A stretch of DNA of 64,000 bases from positions 149,883 to 213,882 of the forward strand of contig JAPLME010000008.1 of assembly GCA_026387175.1 (NCBI GenBank). Direction: 5' to 3'. The notes below the pieces were generated by a model that saw nothing but the letters and a program-made list of their open reading frames with translations, ran no database searches and was not told the DNA's origin. The position numbers and the translations under genes were made by a program. Positions 61,931 through 64,000 of the stretch are shown here, piece by piece. Each line of letters starts with the position of its first letter. Positions within the stretch are counted from its first letter, which is position 1. The DNA comes from Candidatus Omnitrophota bacterium. Its GTDB lineage: Bacteria > Omnitrophota > Gorgyraeia > 2-01-FULL-45-10.

Positions 61931-62216
61931 GTGAAAATATTCCTGGTGGATATATCTGATGGCGGAACTTTCGGCTCGATGCTGGAATAATTGCAGTCAT
62001 TTTACGGGTGACGCAAGATCCAGCCTTGAGGGGCGCAGCGTAGGATGGGTTCAATATAGCTACCCGCCTGGATGGACTGATATTGTAAACCCTACGCAAG
62101 CACCGAAAGGCGATCTTGCGGCAGGACCCGTAAAATGATGCTGTTCAGCGGAAGCATTGACCGAAAGTAAACGCCGGACTGAAGATTCCGATATAATATT
62201 TTCGCCGTAGTGAGGA
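61930..62216 (+). repeat. Nested palindromic element A5 with a unique interior
   Basis: GGTGAAAATATT/AATATTTTCGCC arms plus GTAGTGAGGA tail; second layer shared with A3; inner stems 61997-62009/62126-62138, 62012-62020/62112-62120, 62038-62044/62091-62097. Confidence 0.88.
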
Positions 62217-62374
62217 ACTATTTTAAAATAATGTGCAACAATTTTGGCCATTTCAGCGTCTTATATAGGGAGGGAAAATTAACTTTACAGAAAGGAGGTA
62301 GTGACTGTATAATAAATCCCTGCGTATAGTATAGTTATATCTATATAATATATAGAAAACCTAAGGAGAATAAG

Positions 62375-63427
62375 ATGGTTAAAGCAAAAATTAAGGAAAA
62401 GGAAGAGCCGCGCGAGCAAAGTAAAGAGTATAAGGATATTACTCAGGTGCAGAAGACAAAGGCCCTTGATCTTGCGCTGGAGCATATCGAAAAGCAGTTC
62501 GGCAAAGGCTCTATAATGAAGCTCGGCCAGGACTTTAAGCTGGATGTGCCGGCTATCCCCACAGGGTCGGTGGCGCTTGATATAGCGCTGGGTGTGGGCG
62601 GCGTGCCTAGGGGAAGGGTTATTGAGATATTTGGCCCCGAGTCCAGCGGAAAGACCACGCTTACCCTGAGCATCATAGGTAACGCCCAGGCTAAAGGTGG
62701 TACCGCCGCATTCATCGACGCGGAACATGCGTTCGATCCGGCTTACGCGAAGACGCTCGGTGTGAACCTTGATAACCTGCTGATGTCTCAGCCTGACACA
62801 GGCGAACAGGCGCTCGATATAGCGGAGACGCTGGTTAAGTCCAATGCTCTCGATGTTATCGTGATAGACTCGGTAGCGGCGCTCGTTCCCAGGGCTGAGA
62901 TCGACGGAGAGATGGGGCAATCCCATATGGGCTTACAGGCCCGTCTTATGAGCCATGCCCTGAGAAAACTCTCAGGATCAATAGCCAAGTCTAAGACCTG
63001 TGTGATATTCATTAACCAGATACGCGAGAAGATCGGTGTGATGTTCGGGAACCCCGAAACGACTCCGGGAGGCAGAGCGCTGAAGTTTTACGCTTCCGTG
63101 AGGATCGATCTGCGCCGCATAGCATCGCTTAAAAAAGACGAAGTGGCTGTAGGTAACCGCGTAAGGGCATCGGTCGTTAAGAATAAGGTGGCGCCGCCAT
63201 TCAGGAAAGCGGAATTCGATATAATGTTCGACGAAGGGATCTCGAAGTCAGGCAGTGTCCTCGACATCGGCGAGGCGCTTGGTGTGCTGAAGAAGAGCGG
63301 TGCATGGCTTATCTACGGCGAGGAGAAGCTCGGCCAGGGCAAGGAGAACGCCAGGGTTTATCTTAAAGAAAACCCTGCGGTGCTCGCGAAGATAGAAAAA
63401 GAGATCGTAGCGAAGTCGATCAAATAA
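62375..63427 (+). CDS. recA: Recombinase RecA
   Basis: [30 protein letters not shown]. Confidence 0.98.
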   Translation: MVKAKIKEKEEPREQSKEYKDITQVQKTKALDLALEHIEKQFGKGSIMKLGQDFKLDVPAIPTGSVALDIALGVGGVPRGRVIEIFGPESSGKTTLTLSIIGNAQAKGGTAAFIDAEHAFDPAYAKTLGVNLDNLLMSQPDTGEQALDIAETLVKSNALDVIVIDSVAALVPRAEIDGEMGQSHMGLQARLMSHALRKLSGSIAKSKTCVIFINQIREKIGVMFGNPETTPGGRALKFYASVRIDLRRIASLKKDEVAVGNRVRASVVKNKVAPPFRKAEFDIMFDEGISKSGSVLDIGEALGVLKKSGAWLIYGEEKLGQGKENARVYLKENPAVLAKIEKEIVAKSIK

Positions 63428-63429
63428 CA

Positions 63430-63909
63430 TTGGAACAGGATAAGAAGTTACAATCGGCTAGAAATAACGCTTATTGCCTGCTGCGCTCAAGGCCAAGGTC
63501 CGAGTCTGAGATGCGCGGCAGGCTCAAGCTTAAGCGGTATGATGAGTCGACCATAGATGCCGTTATCGAGAGCCTGAAGAAGGCCGCCGAGATAGATGAT
63601 GTAAGGTTCGCCGATTTCTGGGTAGAGTCCAGGATGCATGTCAACCCCGTCGGTGATGTGGTTTTGAGGCGTGAACTTAAAGAGAAGGGCGTGCCTGGGC
63701 CGATAATCGAAGCCGCACTGGAGAAGAAGTCGCAGAATTATGACGATTATGCCGTGGCCCTTAATATGGCCGGCGAACGTTTTAAGCGTCTCGTAAAGCT
63801 GGATAGAAGAAAAGCCCTGAAACGCCTGTATGATTATCTCTTAAGGCGGGGATTCAATTACGATATCGTGAAGAGAGTGATAGACGCGGTGATGAATGAA
63901 AACGGATGA
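63430..63909 (+). CDS. recX: Regulatory protein RecX
   Basis: R.RSESE, IDD..FA, L..KGV, L.RRGF; follows recA. Confidence 0.88.
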   Translation: MEQDKKLQSARNNAYCLLRSRPRSESEMRGRLKLKRYDESTIDAVIESLKKAAEIDDVRFADFWVESRMHVNPVGDVVLRRELKEKGVPGPIIEAALEKKSQNYDDYAVALNMAGERFKRLVKLDRRKALKRLYDYLLRRGFNYDIVKRVIDAVMNENG

Positions 63910-64000
63910 TATAAGACGATCGTATCTTGAGTTTTTCAAGGTAAAAGGCCATCAGGTCGTGGCCAGCGATTCACTCGTCCCTAAAGACGACCCGACACTT
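63896..64000 (+). CDS. alaS: Alanine--tRNA ligase, 5' fragment cut by the window end
   Basis: [35 protein letters not shown]. Confidence 0.9.
   Translation, partial: MKTDDIRRSYLEFFKVKGHQVVASDSLVPKDDPTL

Overview
A dense, almost entirely + strand housekeeping region of a bacterial chromosome. The gene content and the style of one large secreted protein suggest Candidatus Omnitrophota or a PVC-type lineage; this is inference only. In order it carries: oligopeptide ABC ATPases, nth, argA-like GNAT, leuCDB-asd-truA, smc, a GGDEF pair, an FMN-riboswitch-led rib operon with nusB, tRNA-Pro(CGG), ligA, xerD, a DHH/CBS tRNA nucleotidyltransferase, rbfA-nrnA-truB-ribF, rimP-nusA-infB, trpS-scpAB, pheA-hisC-aroF-tyrA-cmk-rpsA, a minus-strand GT-C glycosyltransferase cluster, rpsO-pnp-dut-uppP-ftsK-rodZ-rimO-pgsA-pgpA, a 1082-aa orphan, and cinA-thpR-recA-recX-alaS. 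The signal the genes do not explain is a family of seven 200-290 bp intergenic elements at five loci, nearly all starting at a stop codon. Each is a set of nested inverted repeats with compensatory base changes, and the stem layers are swapped between copies like interchangeable modules. No transposase or target-site duplication is visible. Other notable items are the 1082-aa signal-peptide protein carrying HTH-like and anti-sigma-kinase-like domains, a hairpin insertion in the FMN riboswitch L2 loop, and an inverted hairpin doublet upstream of rpsA. All calls are by eye; no searches or folding programs were run.
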